Origin: Eledone cirrhosa
Taxonomy: Eukaryota
Length of the DNA: 64,000 nt
Direction: 5' to 3'
Assembly (NCBI GenBank): GCA_964016885.1
Contig: OZ024745.1
Location: forward strand, 123,690,001 to 123,754,000
Made by a program: the position numbers and the translations under genes
Shown here: piece by piece, positions 52,509 to 64,000 of the stretch
Numbering within the stretch: the stretch's first letter is position 1
Layout: every line of letters starts with the position of its first letter
The notes under the pieces: model-generated
Database searches by the model: none
The model's input: the letters and a program-made list of their open reading frames with translations, nothing else
What the model was told of the DNA's origin: nothing

Positions 52509-52684
52509 AGTGAAAATATTTTAACACTAAATTTACATAGAATTTTGAAGTTAGTGATAATCTGCAAAATATTGACATCGAATATAATTTGGGCCCCATT
52601 TTACCATCAGTTGTTTTTGTTGTCACATATTTCTCAGCCAGTATATGCAGTAATTGACTTTCCTTGTGCCGATTATTATTAATA

Positions 52685-53157
52685 GGGTGGTGGATTGGCA
52701 GTATCGGTAGAGGGTCGGACGCCATGCTTTGCAGCATAGAGTGACGGCCCCTTATGGTCAGAGTTCAAATCCCGCCGAGGTTAACTTTGCCTTTCATCCT
52801 TGTGGGGTCGATAGTACCAGCAATACTCTGGGGTAATTGCTGGCCTTGTGCCAAAAATAGAAACAATTACTGTTAATAGGAGTAATATCCTTTCAGTGAT
52901 GAGTTTGTGTTCAATTTTTGTTATTATTCTGGTAACTTGGTTTACACATGTTCTTCTATGATTTAGATAATTGTTTCTACTTTTGGCACAAGGCCAGCAA
53001 ATACCCAGTATATTACTGGTACTTTATTTTATCGACCCCGTAAGGATGAAAGGCAAAGTTAACTTCGGCGGGATTTGAACTCAGAATGGCAAGGGCCGTA
53101 ACTCTATGCGTCAAAGCATGGCGTCCGACCCTCTACCGATATGCCAATTCACCGCCC
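52685..53157. mobile_element. Inverted pair of SINE family B copies (52685-52870 +, 52968-53157 -)
   Basis: Both carry head, B-box, central domain and tail. Confidence 0.88.
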
Positions 53158-53406
53158 TATGATTTAGATAATGAAAGTTTAAATAACCATGACTTGGTCA
53201 AAGTAACAGTAGAAATCAACAAACCTTATGGACTTCATCACTCACAACAATAACAGCCACAATGGCATCCACATTACCACCACTCCACCATAGAAACAAT
53301 TGTGTCATTTTCTATATCTTCTCCTCCCCTTCTTTCTCCTCCTCCTCCTGCGCCTCTGCACCTTCCTCACCTGCATCATCCTTCTGCTCTGCATTAATAT
53401 TATTAG

Positions 53407-53659
53407 AGAGGGGGTGCTCTCCCTGGGGGCCCTAGAAGCGCAGGGTGGTTCAGGATTGGTGGGGTACCTGAGTCACCCCAGGGTCGTCCACCCACTATAG
53501 GGGAATTTATTTTGTTATATTTATGCATAGTTTATTTTATATTTGTTATATGTTCACTTTTACTCCACCATATTGTAAACCCCACTGTCCCTGTCTTTGT
53601 ATTGTCCTCGACATGTCGGTCCTTGTGGACAATAAATGAAATCATTATTATTATTATTA
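53407..53659 (+). mobile_element. Unclassified non-LTR retroelement 3' end in an (ATT)n tract
   Basis: GC-rich block, T-rich region, AATAAA and (ATT)n tail; att repeats also on the left flank. Confidence 0.45.
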
Positions 53660-54360
53660 GGGTGGTGGATTGGCAGTATCAGTAGAGCGTCAGATATCAT
53701 GCTTTGCAGCATGGAGTTATGACCTTTTACGTTCTGAGTTCAAATCTGCTGAGGTTACTTTTGCCTTTCATCCTGGGGGTCGATTTTAATCGACTTTCCC
53801 CTCCCCCAAAATTGCTGGCCTTGTGCCTATATAAGAACCAATTATCATTAAGGGCCGTAATCTAAAGTTACAGCCCTTTACGTTCTGAGTTCAAATCCTG
53901 CTGAGATTAGCTTTGCCTTTCATCCTTGCAGGTGTCAATAAAATAAAGTACCTGTAATGCACTGGGGGTTGATTTAATCAACTTTCCCTTCACCTTCAAA
54001 TTGCTGGCCTTGTGCCTAAAAGTAGAAACAATTATTATTATTATTATTAATGGCGGTGGATTGGCAGTATCGGTAGAGGGTTGGACACCATGCTATCCAG
54101 CATAGTTACGGCCCTTTACGATCTGAGTTCAAATCCCGCCGAGGTTGACTTTGCCTTTCATCCTTACGGGGTCGATAAAATAAAGTACCAGTAATGCACT
54201 GGGGTAATTGCTGGCCTTGTGCCTAAAAGTAGAAACAAATCCCGCCGAGCTTGACTTTGCCTTTCACCCTTACGGGGTCGATAAAATAAAGTACCAGTAA
54301 TGCACTGGGTAATTGCTGGCCTTGTGCCTAAAAGTAGAAACAATTATTATTATTATTATT
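53660..54360 (+). mobile_element. Tandem cluster of about 4 SINE family B units
   Basis: Repeated B-box and central domains; 3' half duplicated at 54237-54345. Confidence 0.85.
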
Positions 54361-54787
54361 TATTTATTTCGTGTCTTTATCTTTTATTCAAATAACATGG
54401 ATTTAATGAAGAATTAGCATGCTGTAGCTAACTATTTTTGTCTTACAGCTAGACTATTGATATTTCACAGAGTAGCAGCAAGAATGATCATGAGCAAATT
54501 TTCCTTTTTGCTTTTATTTTATGTCATTATATGTTTGTTTGTTTTGTTTTTTTTGTTTGTTTGTTTTTTTGTGCGATCCATTGGCATCAACATTATCATT
54601 AATGAGATTTTATTTTGTTTTATTTTGTATTATTTTCTGGTTTTCTTTGTTCTCATGATGATAAATGAACATGTATATTATTAGATTTCTCTGCCATGTA
54701 TATGTGTAGAGAAGATGTTCTTGTAAACACATTGGCAAACACGATTGTGTTAAAAGAAATCATAAAGCAATCACATGCATTATGTAG

Positions 54788-55525
54788 ATATATATATATA
54801 TGTATGTGTGTGTGTGTGTGTGTGTATATGTATGTGTATGTGTATATATGTATATATATGTGTGTGTATATATATATGTATGTGTGTATATATGTATGTG
54901 TGTGTGTATGTATGTGTGTGTGTATAAGTATATATGTGTGTGTGTATGTATGTATGTATATATATATATGTGTGTGTATATGTATGTGTGGGTGTGTATG
55001 TATGTGTGTGTGTATGTATGTATATGTATGTGTGTATATATATATGTATGTGTGTATGTATATATATATATATATATATATGTGTATATATGAATGTATG
55101 TGTATATATATATGTATGTGTATGTATATGTATATATATATATGTGTATATATGAATGTATGTGTGTATATATATATATATGTATGTATGTGCACATGTA
55201 TGTCTGTGTATACATGTATGTATGTGTGTATATATATATATGTATGTGTGTATATATGTATGTATGTGTGTATATATATATACATATGTATGTGTGTATG
55301 TATGTATATATGTATATGCATATATATATATATATGTATGTGTGTATATATGTATATCTGTATATATATATATATATGTATGTGTATAGTATATATGTGT
55401 ATGTATGTATGCATGTGTGCATGTGCATACTCATTCATACATATTTGTGTGTGCGACTGTGTCTCTGTTTGCATGTGTGTGTATGTGTGTTTGTGTGCAT
55501 GTATGTGTGTGTGTATGTGTGTGTA
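54788..55525. repeat. (TA)/(TG) compound microsatellite
   Basis: Seen directly in the sequence. Confidence 0.95.
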
Positions 55526-55667
55526 AACTACACACTGTTTTGTTAACTTTTGGTCATGAAATATTTATAGAACTTTAGATATTCTCACGACTTTTCTAAG
55601 ATGGAGATATATAGACTTATCTTTTCCTTATTACTTGATTAAATTCTACCTTCTGTTGGCATAGTTC

Positions 55668-56113
55668 TGGTGGTAGTAGTAGTAGTGGTAGTGGTAGTGG
55701 TAGTAGTAGTAGTGATGGTAGTGGTGGTAGAGTTGTTGTAGTAATAGTAGTATTGGTGGTAGTGATGATAGTAGTAGTAGTAGTAGTGGTAGTGGTAGTA
55801 GTAATAGTAGTAGTAGTGTGGTAGTGGTGGGAGTAGTTGTTGTAGTAATAGTAGTATTGGTGGTAGTGGTGGTAGTAGTAGTAGTGGTAATAGTAATAGT
55901 AGTAGTAGTGATGGTAGTGGTGGTAGTAGTTGTTGTAGTATTAGTAGTATTGGTGGTAGTGGTGGTAGTAGTAGTAATGGTGGTGGTAGTAGTTGTTGTA
56001 GTAATAGTAGTAGTGATGACAGTGGTGGTAGTAGTAGTTTAGTAGTGGTGGTTGTGGTAGTAGTAGTAGTATTAGTAGTGGTGGTGGTGGTAGTAACAGC
56101 AGCAGCAGCATCG

Positions 56114-56150
<37 letters not shown>

Positions 56151-56226
56151 CAGTGGTAGTTGTAGTAGTAGTAATGGTGGTAGTAGTTGTAGTAATAGTA
56201 GTAGTGGTGGTAGTAGTAGTAGTTGT
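55668..56226. repeat. (GTA)/(GTG) trinucleotide microsatellite
   Basis: Seen directly in the sequence. Confidence 0.95.
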
Positions 56227-56761
56227 ATTATGTTGTTTATTCCCAACTAAGATCTGATTGAGCAGGCCTGTGAGAATTGTTTGTAGTTTAAGCAAGCAGT
56301 GGAAAATTGTTGCTAAATTTACTTGCAACTTGAAATCACTGGTGTTAATTTGGTAGTAAATCTAATTGATGCTGAAACAAATGTCTTCTATAGATGACTC
56401 TTTAAATGCAAATTATTTTATGATTTACTAGCTAATCCATTTTAAACCAGAGAAACTGTTGTAAGAACATCCTCTGTGGCAGCTGGTAGTGGTGGGGATT
56501 CGCAATGTGATGGTGGGTGGTTTTTGTAGGCCTGTTCATTTGTGATGGGGGTCTATGTATGAGATGCTTAAAAATGGTAGCATCGCATTTCCAGAGCCTC
56601 AATCTTTCCCTGTACCTTTGCAGTGAGAATGCAGGCAGAAATCTCATCACATTCTAATACCACAGTCACCATACGGTGATCCAAAAGAAAATGTCAGTGG
56701 TCTGAAAAAGAATGTGGACATTATTTGTAATTTTTATGTTTTATTAATAATAAAATTAAAA

Positions 56762-56947
56762 TAATTGTTTCTACTTTTGGTACAAGGCCAGCAAATACCC
56801 AGTACATTACTGGTACTTTATTTTATCGACCCCATAAAGATAAAAGGCAAAGTTAACCTCAGCGGGATTTGAACTCAGAATGGCAAGGGCTGTAACTCTA
56901 TGCGTTAAAGCATGGCGTCTGACCCTCTACCGATACTGCCAATCCAT
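56762..56947 (-). mobile_element. SINE family B (with an opposite-strand 3' half at about 57102-57202)
   Basis: Nearly the same sequence as 52968-53157. Confidence 0.85.
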
Positions 56948-57579
56948 TCAGTTAAAATATATTTTATAATGCCCCTAAAAAATGTTTCTCCTCAGTAAAG
57001 AACTAACATCCATGAAATAATTTTACACATGTATCATCTATCGACAATATGACACACTTACACTTCAGTGTTGTTTAATAAAATGGAAGTTCTCTGATCA
57101 TGAGGTTGACTTTGCCTTTCATCCTTACGGGGTCGATAAAATAAAGTACCAGTAATGCACTGGGTAATTGCTGGCCTTGTGCCTAAAGTAGAAACAATTA
57201 TTTTACAAATGTATTTATCTTTTATAAAAAATTCATATTAGTGGTTCGCGGGATTTAAAATTATGAATTTAATTGTCCGTAAGGTTCGAAATTTTTGGTG
57301 ACTGCTATTCTAATTTATAAAACTAAAAGTTTTTAAGTGTTCTAAATTAGAGGCCACAGCTTTACGCATAGGTCTTAGGAATTTGGAATACATATACACC
57401 TTGGAGACATTTTTGAAATTTTATCTGTTTAGCTCCTAGCAGGAAAACTAAGACTTTTCTATACACAGAAGCACTGCAATAGATATTAGTAAAACTTAAT
57501 GATTCTAAATGGTACTTTTAGAATAATTATGTGAATTAACTCAGGAGACCGAGAAGTAGACTGTAAATAAGATAGTTTG

Positions 57580-57722
57580 GATAATGTCCATGTGCTCGGC
57601 TGGTCTTGCTCGGAGATCAGCTGAATTAATTAGAGACGGTTGTTTCTGACAGGACTTGCTGGAAGATGGGTTTGAGGACTTTGCCCCCATGACCTTCACA
57701 GCGATAAGTCGGTGAAGAAGAA
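57580..57722 (+). mobile_element. RTE family B extreme 3' end
   Basis: ttctgacaggac...tttgaggactttgcccccatgacc...(gaa)n, as at 10850-10990. Confidence 0.7.
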
Positions 57723-58270
57723 AAGGCTCAGACTTTTGAAAAAAAAAAAAAATTTCCCTTTAAAATAAAAATCTTAAGATGTAAGAGTAAAATGTTATTT
57801 TACATTTAAGTTTGTCTGTTAAACCTCTATTGTAGGGGAAAATCCCTGAACACCCCCGCTAAAAGTGGACTAGGCGAAATGTCTATAAATAATAACTGAA
57901 GTGAACTGTCAGAGGCAACTACAGAAACAGTTCTTAACTAAGAGAAAGCATTCATTGTCAGCATGCTAAAGAGTTAACACAATATGAAATTCTGTAGTCT
58001 CATGATTGTGAAGAAGATTGAGAATAGTGTTTGAGGGCTGTGCAATCTACATAGGAAGAAGCTATGAGGAAGATGAGAGTCAGAAATGAGTTCAGTGACT
58101 GCGTACTCTTGTTTAGTGTAGTTATTTAGCTATAGTTGAGGTGGGAGTTGATTTCTGTTGGAACTGATCATTGATAAAGACCCAGTAATGATACATGAAT
58201 CAGTTGAAGAATTAGAGGAAACATTTCAAATGTAGAAGCAGGCATTTTTTGTAAAAGATCTACAAGAATA

Positions 58271-58346
<76 letters not shown>

Positions 58347-58560
58347 TGTGTGTACGTATATATGTGTGTGTGTGGATGTGTAATTCAATTTCTGCTAAAA
58401 ATGTTGCTTAATGTGTTATAATTTGTACCAATTTCTTGCCTATTATTATATGGATCAGATCAAAAAGTTTAAATTCTATATTTAGGAATCAATATTAATC
58501 TATAAATCTAGAATATATTATTTCATTCATATTGAATTCTGATGTATACATCATCATCAT

Positions 58561-58760
58561 NNNNNNNNNNNNNNNNNNNNNNNNNNNNNNNNNNNNNNNN
58601 NNNNNNNNNNNNNNNNNNNNNNNNNNNNNNNNNNNNNNNNNNNNNNNNNNNNNNNNNNNNNNNNNNNNNNNNNNNNNNNNNNNNNNNNNNNNNNNNNNNN
58701 NNNNNNNNNNNNNNNNNNNNNNNNNNNNNNNNNNNNNNNNNNNNNNNNNNNNNNNNNNNN
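58561..58760. other. Assembly gap (200 N)
   Basis: Run of N. Confidence 1.
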
Positions 58761-59789
58761 CATGTACATACATTCATAGATACATACATATGTATACATA
58801 TACATGTACATATATATATATATATACATACATATATACATGTACATATATTCATAAATATATATATATATATACATCTACATACATACATAAATATATA
58901 TATACATACATATAAACATCTACATACATACATATATACATGTACATATATTCATAAATATATATATATATATACATCTACATACATACATAAATATATA
59001 CATACATACACATACATACATATATACATGTACATATATTCATAAATATATATATATATACATATATACTTCTACATACATATATACATGTACATATCTA
59101 CATGTACATACATACATATATACATCTACATACATATATACATGTACATACATACATATATACATCTACATACATATAGATGCACATATGTATCTATGTG
59201 TAGTTATAGGTATCTATATACTCGCTCTGAAATCAGATATATTTCTATGTAGCTGTATAGATAATGCATGTGTATAAATATATACATAAATAAATATGTA
59301 TATTATCATTATCATCATCATCATCATCATTATAAATATATATATATATGTATATATATTATGTTCAGATGCATATTGCCATATACAGATATCTATGAAA
59401 GCTTGGATGAACATATAACTATGTCAAAAAGCAACAGTATTCAAACACTATATTAAAACTATTACAAATCAAACAGTCACTTTTCTATTTGTTTGTTTCA
59501 GTAACTTATATTTACATTAGACCTGTAACAGTCCTTGAATTGCATATATGTGTGCATATTCTACTACCCCTCACTGATACACAAATAGACAGATTCATAA
59601 TGTGTTATATATATTATATATGTTTTGACCCTCGGCAGGATCTCCTAATGTTTCAGTATATAACAGTCAATCAACAAAATCTCAGACCTCATTTACTTAA
59701 GGAATAGTGTGGAGCTCATCAAATCAGACCAAGGAAACTATGTTTCCATTGGTCTTTCCAATTACTGATACTCTCTACCTGTTGCAAAT

Positions 59790-59917
59790 CCAGGTAGAAG
59801 GAGCAACGTGGAATAAAGTGTCTTGCTCAAGAACATAACGCATTGCCTGATCAGGGAATCGAGCTCACAACCTCATGATTGTGAATCCAATTCTCTAACC
59901 ACTTAGCCACGCGCCTT
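59790..59917 (-). mobile_element. SINE family A-related tRNA head
   Basis: Minus strand ggcgcgtggctaagtggttagag...gagctcgattccc, followed by cttgagcaagacactttatt as in 7917-8030. Confidence 0.7.
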
Positions 59918-60749
59918 CACTATGTTTCAGTGTATGTATATATATATATATATATACACACACACAGCATATTATATCCACACATGACACATGTTTCATT
60001 ATCAATTAGCTCAAGGTAAAATCAATCATGATTAGACCTGACTGCAATCCATAGCTTCTCAGATATATGAGTTTCTATGTATAAATGATTACATCCAAAC
60101 GCATGTAATAAAGCATAGCCACCGTTTTTGTATATGTTACCTAGGTAACTGGCACAGCAACTGTAGCTGTGTAAAATATATGCAGCATTCAACAGGTTAA
60201 AGGTATTCTAACTTGTGATTTGAGGAGAAACTCGGTTGTCATATCTTGCAGATGAAATGATCTTGGAGCGGGTACGGGTGTTAATGAGTGATGTAATAGG
60301 AATGTTCTTATATGTTGTTTACTGGTTTCATCATTTGACTGTGGCCATGGTGGAGCACCACCTTGACTCTTTTTCTCTTGTGGCTCTTATGTGATTATGT
60401 GGTTATTATGTGATTATTTCCCTGAGTATTTAACACTAACTTCCATTTGTTTTCTCACCACCCCCCTAAGCCAAATAGTGAGAATTGACAATTTTTTAAT
60501 GCAGCCATACAACAATTGCAAAAGCCATACAACATTTATAAATTATTAAGATAAAAGCATGACATTTTCAGTGAAGATTTCAAACTGAATTTTCTTAAGG
60601 ATATTATGAAAAATGTCATTATATATATACAGATTATTAAATAAAATAAACAATTTAATATGATAAAATGTAAGCAAAACATGAAGAAAAAAATGTTCTG
60701 TAAGTATTATCATGTATATACCTATAAGGGAAATGCTTCAGATGATAGG

Positions 60750-62569
60750 CCTTGAAACAATACAGAAATTTACCTTGAATTGCTCACAGCCTGTTTTTGG
60801 TTCCCTTTTAATATTTAGTTCTTCTTTTTCCCTAAGTATACAGGCCAGCGCATGGCATCTTGAACTTGGGGATTTTCTTCCAAAGATATTTTCCTTTTAT
60901 AGGAATAGTCCACAATGAATTGATGGGCCAGCTTCATTCTGAGATTCAATTGAACTTTCATCAACACAAATGACTAACATTTAGCCACATCAACAACAAA
61001 ATAAAACACTCTATCATTTATTTGATTTCCTTCCAATGCTGTAGCTGCTTTCAACTTGTCTGCCTGTTCCCATGTAATATTTTACTGTCTTTGGATCTGG
61101 CACAATGCAATGTTTTCTGGTCTTTTGTTTCTATAGACACTTGTAAAGTCATTGGGACTTGAATATCTGTTCAAAAGTGACACAGTCCTCTTCCCATGCT
61201 AGGCTGTTGCCACCTGGTTCCTTTTTTGCCTCTGCATTATTTCACCTTTTTTTTTTCAATTTTGCTGAGGTAACAGCTTTTTGCATGTGTTTCCAATTTT
61301 TCTTATTGTGCCACAAGAAGAGATCCCATTTTTAAAAAGTTCCTGAAAGAGTTTGACAGAGGAGAAAAAATTATCATAATACACGTGATGAATATCTCCA
61401 TATGTCTTTTGTGAGGTCCTTCACAACTCTTTCACCAAGTCTTTGTTCTGTTTGATTTTGCACTTTCTTTGTATGAACTTGGAAGTCATTTACATAGCCG
61501 TTGTGTGGATCAACCTGCAACCACACCTTTATCTCAAACTTTGTAGACTTCAGTGGAATATATTGTTTGGAACCAAGTCATCCAGTGAAAGCATCCATGC
61601 CTTCATGAATTGATGTTTCACAATGAAGACTGATTTGTAACTTCAAATTCCTACATATCTTTTCAATAAATGGCTGTATACGAGCAAGTTTGTTGTGGTC
61701 AGCGCAGTCACATGTTGGATTCTGGGTGACATCTGAAATATGGAAATACTGGTTCAGTTTGTCCAATTTGACCTTGTAACCAATTCCCTGATCCCCGCCG
61801 TCTGGAATAAATTATCTTTTAAAAAATACATGTCCTGATTAGGGACAGAAACAACTCCCATCACTATTTGAGATACAATATAGGCCCTCATTTCCAAAGC
61901 ATTTGTGTTTCACTGTTTCTGATCTTTTGTTTCAGTATATTTGTTTGTTTCAATCACCAGTATATCAAACAAATCCTTATTAAATATTTGAAAGACAAAG
62001 TCTAGTTCTTTCTTCTCTGTATCCAAAATATTTTCTGGTCCAGCATTTCCTCAACATCAACTTTATAAATTGATTGCTTTATTCCAATGTGGGGTTACTA
62101 TCGTCTAATTTTTATTTGAATTCATCGTTATAACAGAGTCAGATTCTGACATTAAATCAATGTCTGATAAATTCTGTTAATTTCAATAAAAGAGTTGTAT
62201 TTCTTTTGTTCTTCAACTAAATCATTCACCATTAGTTTTGATTTCACTTTTCGGCACCAAATTTGTTGATATGAATTATCATTATTAAAATGTGTCACTT
62301 CTCTCTCAAAAAAGGAGCAATTAATTGTGACCTACCCTTATATTCAAAAAAATATTTATATAATACTCTTTCATTGATTTAAACTGAAAATAGTTTCCAA
62401 AGTCATCCAAAGACTGGATATTTGACATTAGAAATGAGTTGCCGTCCGACCACGACTGTAGTTGTTGTTTGATGACAAATGTGAAATATAAATAAATGAC
62501 TTATGGCATTCTTTGACTTTCATTTACATTTTAATGTCACCACTACAGTCGTAGTTATGTGTCATGGGG
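60750..62569 (-). mobile_element. Decayed piggyBac element with transposase pseudogene (second family)
   Basis: KLNQYFHISD...NKLARIQPFIEK...SIHEGMDAFTG*LGSKQYIPLKSTKFEIKVWLQVDPHNGYVNDFQVHT; terminus TTAA-ccccatgac at about 62561-62573; subterminal inverted repeat acgactgtagt/actacagtcgt; the other end was not located. Confidence 0.85.
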
Positions 62570-62573
62570 TTAA

Positions 62574-62790
62574 CTCTTTAGCATTTAAACCGGCTGTGTC
62601 CAGCCAGAATTATCTCACCTCTTTCTGTTCAAACCGGCCATAACCGGCTGCTTATACTTATATTAAGGTATTCTTTTCAAAATAAATAATATGAAAATCT
62701 CATAGATTTGATATTATGTGAGATAATTATGTGAAATAAAGTGTTTACCGTGAAAACACAATAGTAAATATAGAGTAATTGCTAAAGGTG
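62574..62790 (-). mobile_element. piggyBac-type MITE
   Basis: TTAA-ctctttagcatttaaaccggc...gctaaagg. Confidence 0.85.
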
Positions 62791-64000
62791 TTTAGTCCAT
62801 CATATTAATCTGTGCTGATTTTTTTCTTTCTATTTGTCAAATTATTGCTTTACAGGACATAAACATACAAATGTCAACAGAGACACGGACACAAGAACAA
62901 TCAGACGTGCACACACTCATAGATACATTTATATTCAATGGGCTCATACAGGTTCCATCTATGCAATTTTCCTCACATGGCATTGGGCAACATGTGGCTA
63001 TAATGTAAGACACTTGCCCAAGGTGCCATGCAAGGGGATTGAACTAAAAACCACATAGATATGAAGTGAATTTCTTAACTACACAGTTGTAACTGTATCT
63101 AGGGTGTTGGAAATGAGTTCATTGTTGTGGTTATTGATTTCTTTTGACATGGTACAATCCCAGATTTTATTAACTTGTAGTAGTTACAGTAGCTTAAATT
63201 ATGTTTAGTACATTACCAGTTACCATTATATTGACTACTAAAGGATCTTTGCTAGGATTTGTAGTCAGCTGATAGCAGGATGTAACTAAATACTTTTGAA
63301 TCATTTAATCTGATATCATTCCTTGCAGCCTCATGGCTAAAATATTAATAATGCATTTACAATTTCCTGCTGTTATTCTAGAAAGTAAAAAACAGGAAAA
63401 TATCATCAATAACAATATCATACAAGAGCATTTTAAATTGTTGTCCATTATTCTCCATTTTGGTCTTACAAATGACAGTGCTTTAAGGCTGAAACCAGTA
63501 AAAGAATAAAGTATTTGAAATAGGTTTTGAATGTGTTAAGAAATGGTACTTATGGAAAAGTATCCTGGGCATAAATTTATGTATATCATTTTGGGTGGAT
63601 TTATGTTAGATGCAATTTTATTTATAGAAAAGGATATTTAAAGATCTTGGCTAAAATTTAGCTAAATAAGTGCTTATATGAATATGTAAAACACAAATGA
63701 ACAGAGAATTATTATTGTATGAATTAGTACCTATTGAAGGCACATAACTGATAGGCTGGAAAGTTTTGTAGACTGACAATGCAGTAAGCAGATCTGTTAA
63801 TCACCAACAGAATGGAGTGGTTTCATTGTTTGGCTTACAATGATGGATCACTTGAAATAATTCATGCATTTCCTACACTTATTTAATTGATGTTACTATG
63901 ATTATGAAAGATATAAATAGCAGAGTTTAAAGAATGTGCAGGGAAAGGAGAATGATGAATTGTAGGGTGTCTGATGCGAGTACAAGGATAAACAGTTCAG

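Overview
AT-rich, repeat-dense animal genomic DNA, probably from a coleoid cephalopod such as Octopus (inferred from the SINE/LINE repertoire and microsatellite load, not from a search). The only host coding sequence I can support is one 179-nt internal exon (12897-13075, +) of a DEAD-box RNA helicase of the DDX49/Dbp8 type. The rest looks intronic or intergenic. It holds RTE-clade LINE fragments from several families, two tRNA-derived SINE families, two decayed piggyBac transposase elements with a ~215-bp TTAA MITE family, a hAT MITE, a Penelope-like (GIY-YIG) fragment with an inverted pseudo-LTR, mini/microsatellites and a 200-N gap. The most notable signal is a set of short elements (~120-460 bp) with no obvious similarity to one another. 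They sit in or next to (TA)n tracts, are mostly fold-backs, and each carries a minimal type I hammerhead ribozyme motif, including core variants (U3-A8, C4, G12A). All RNA folds were read by eye and no ribozyme activity has been tested.
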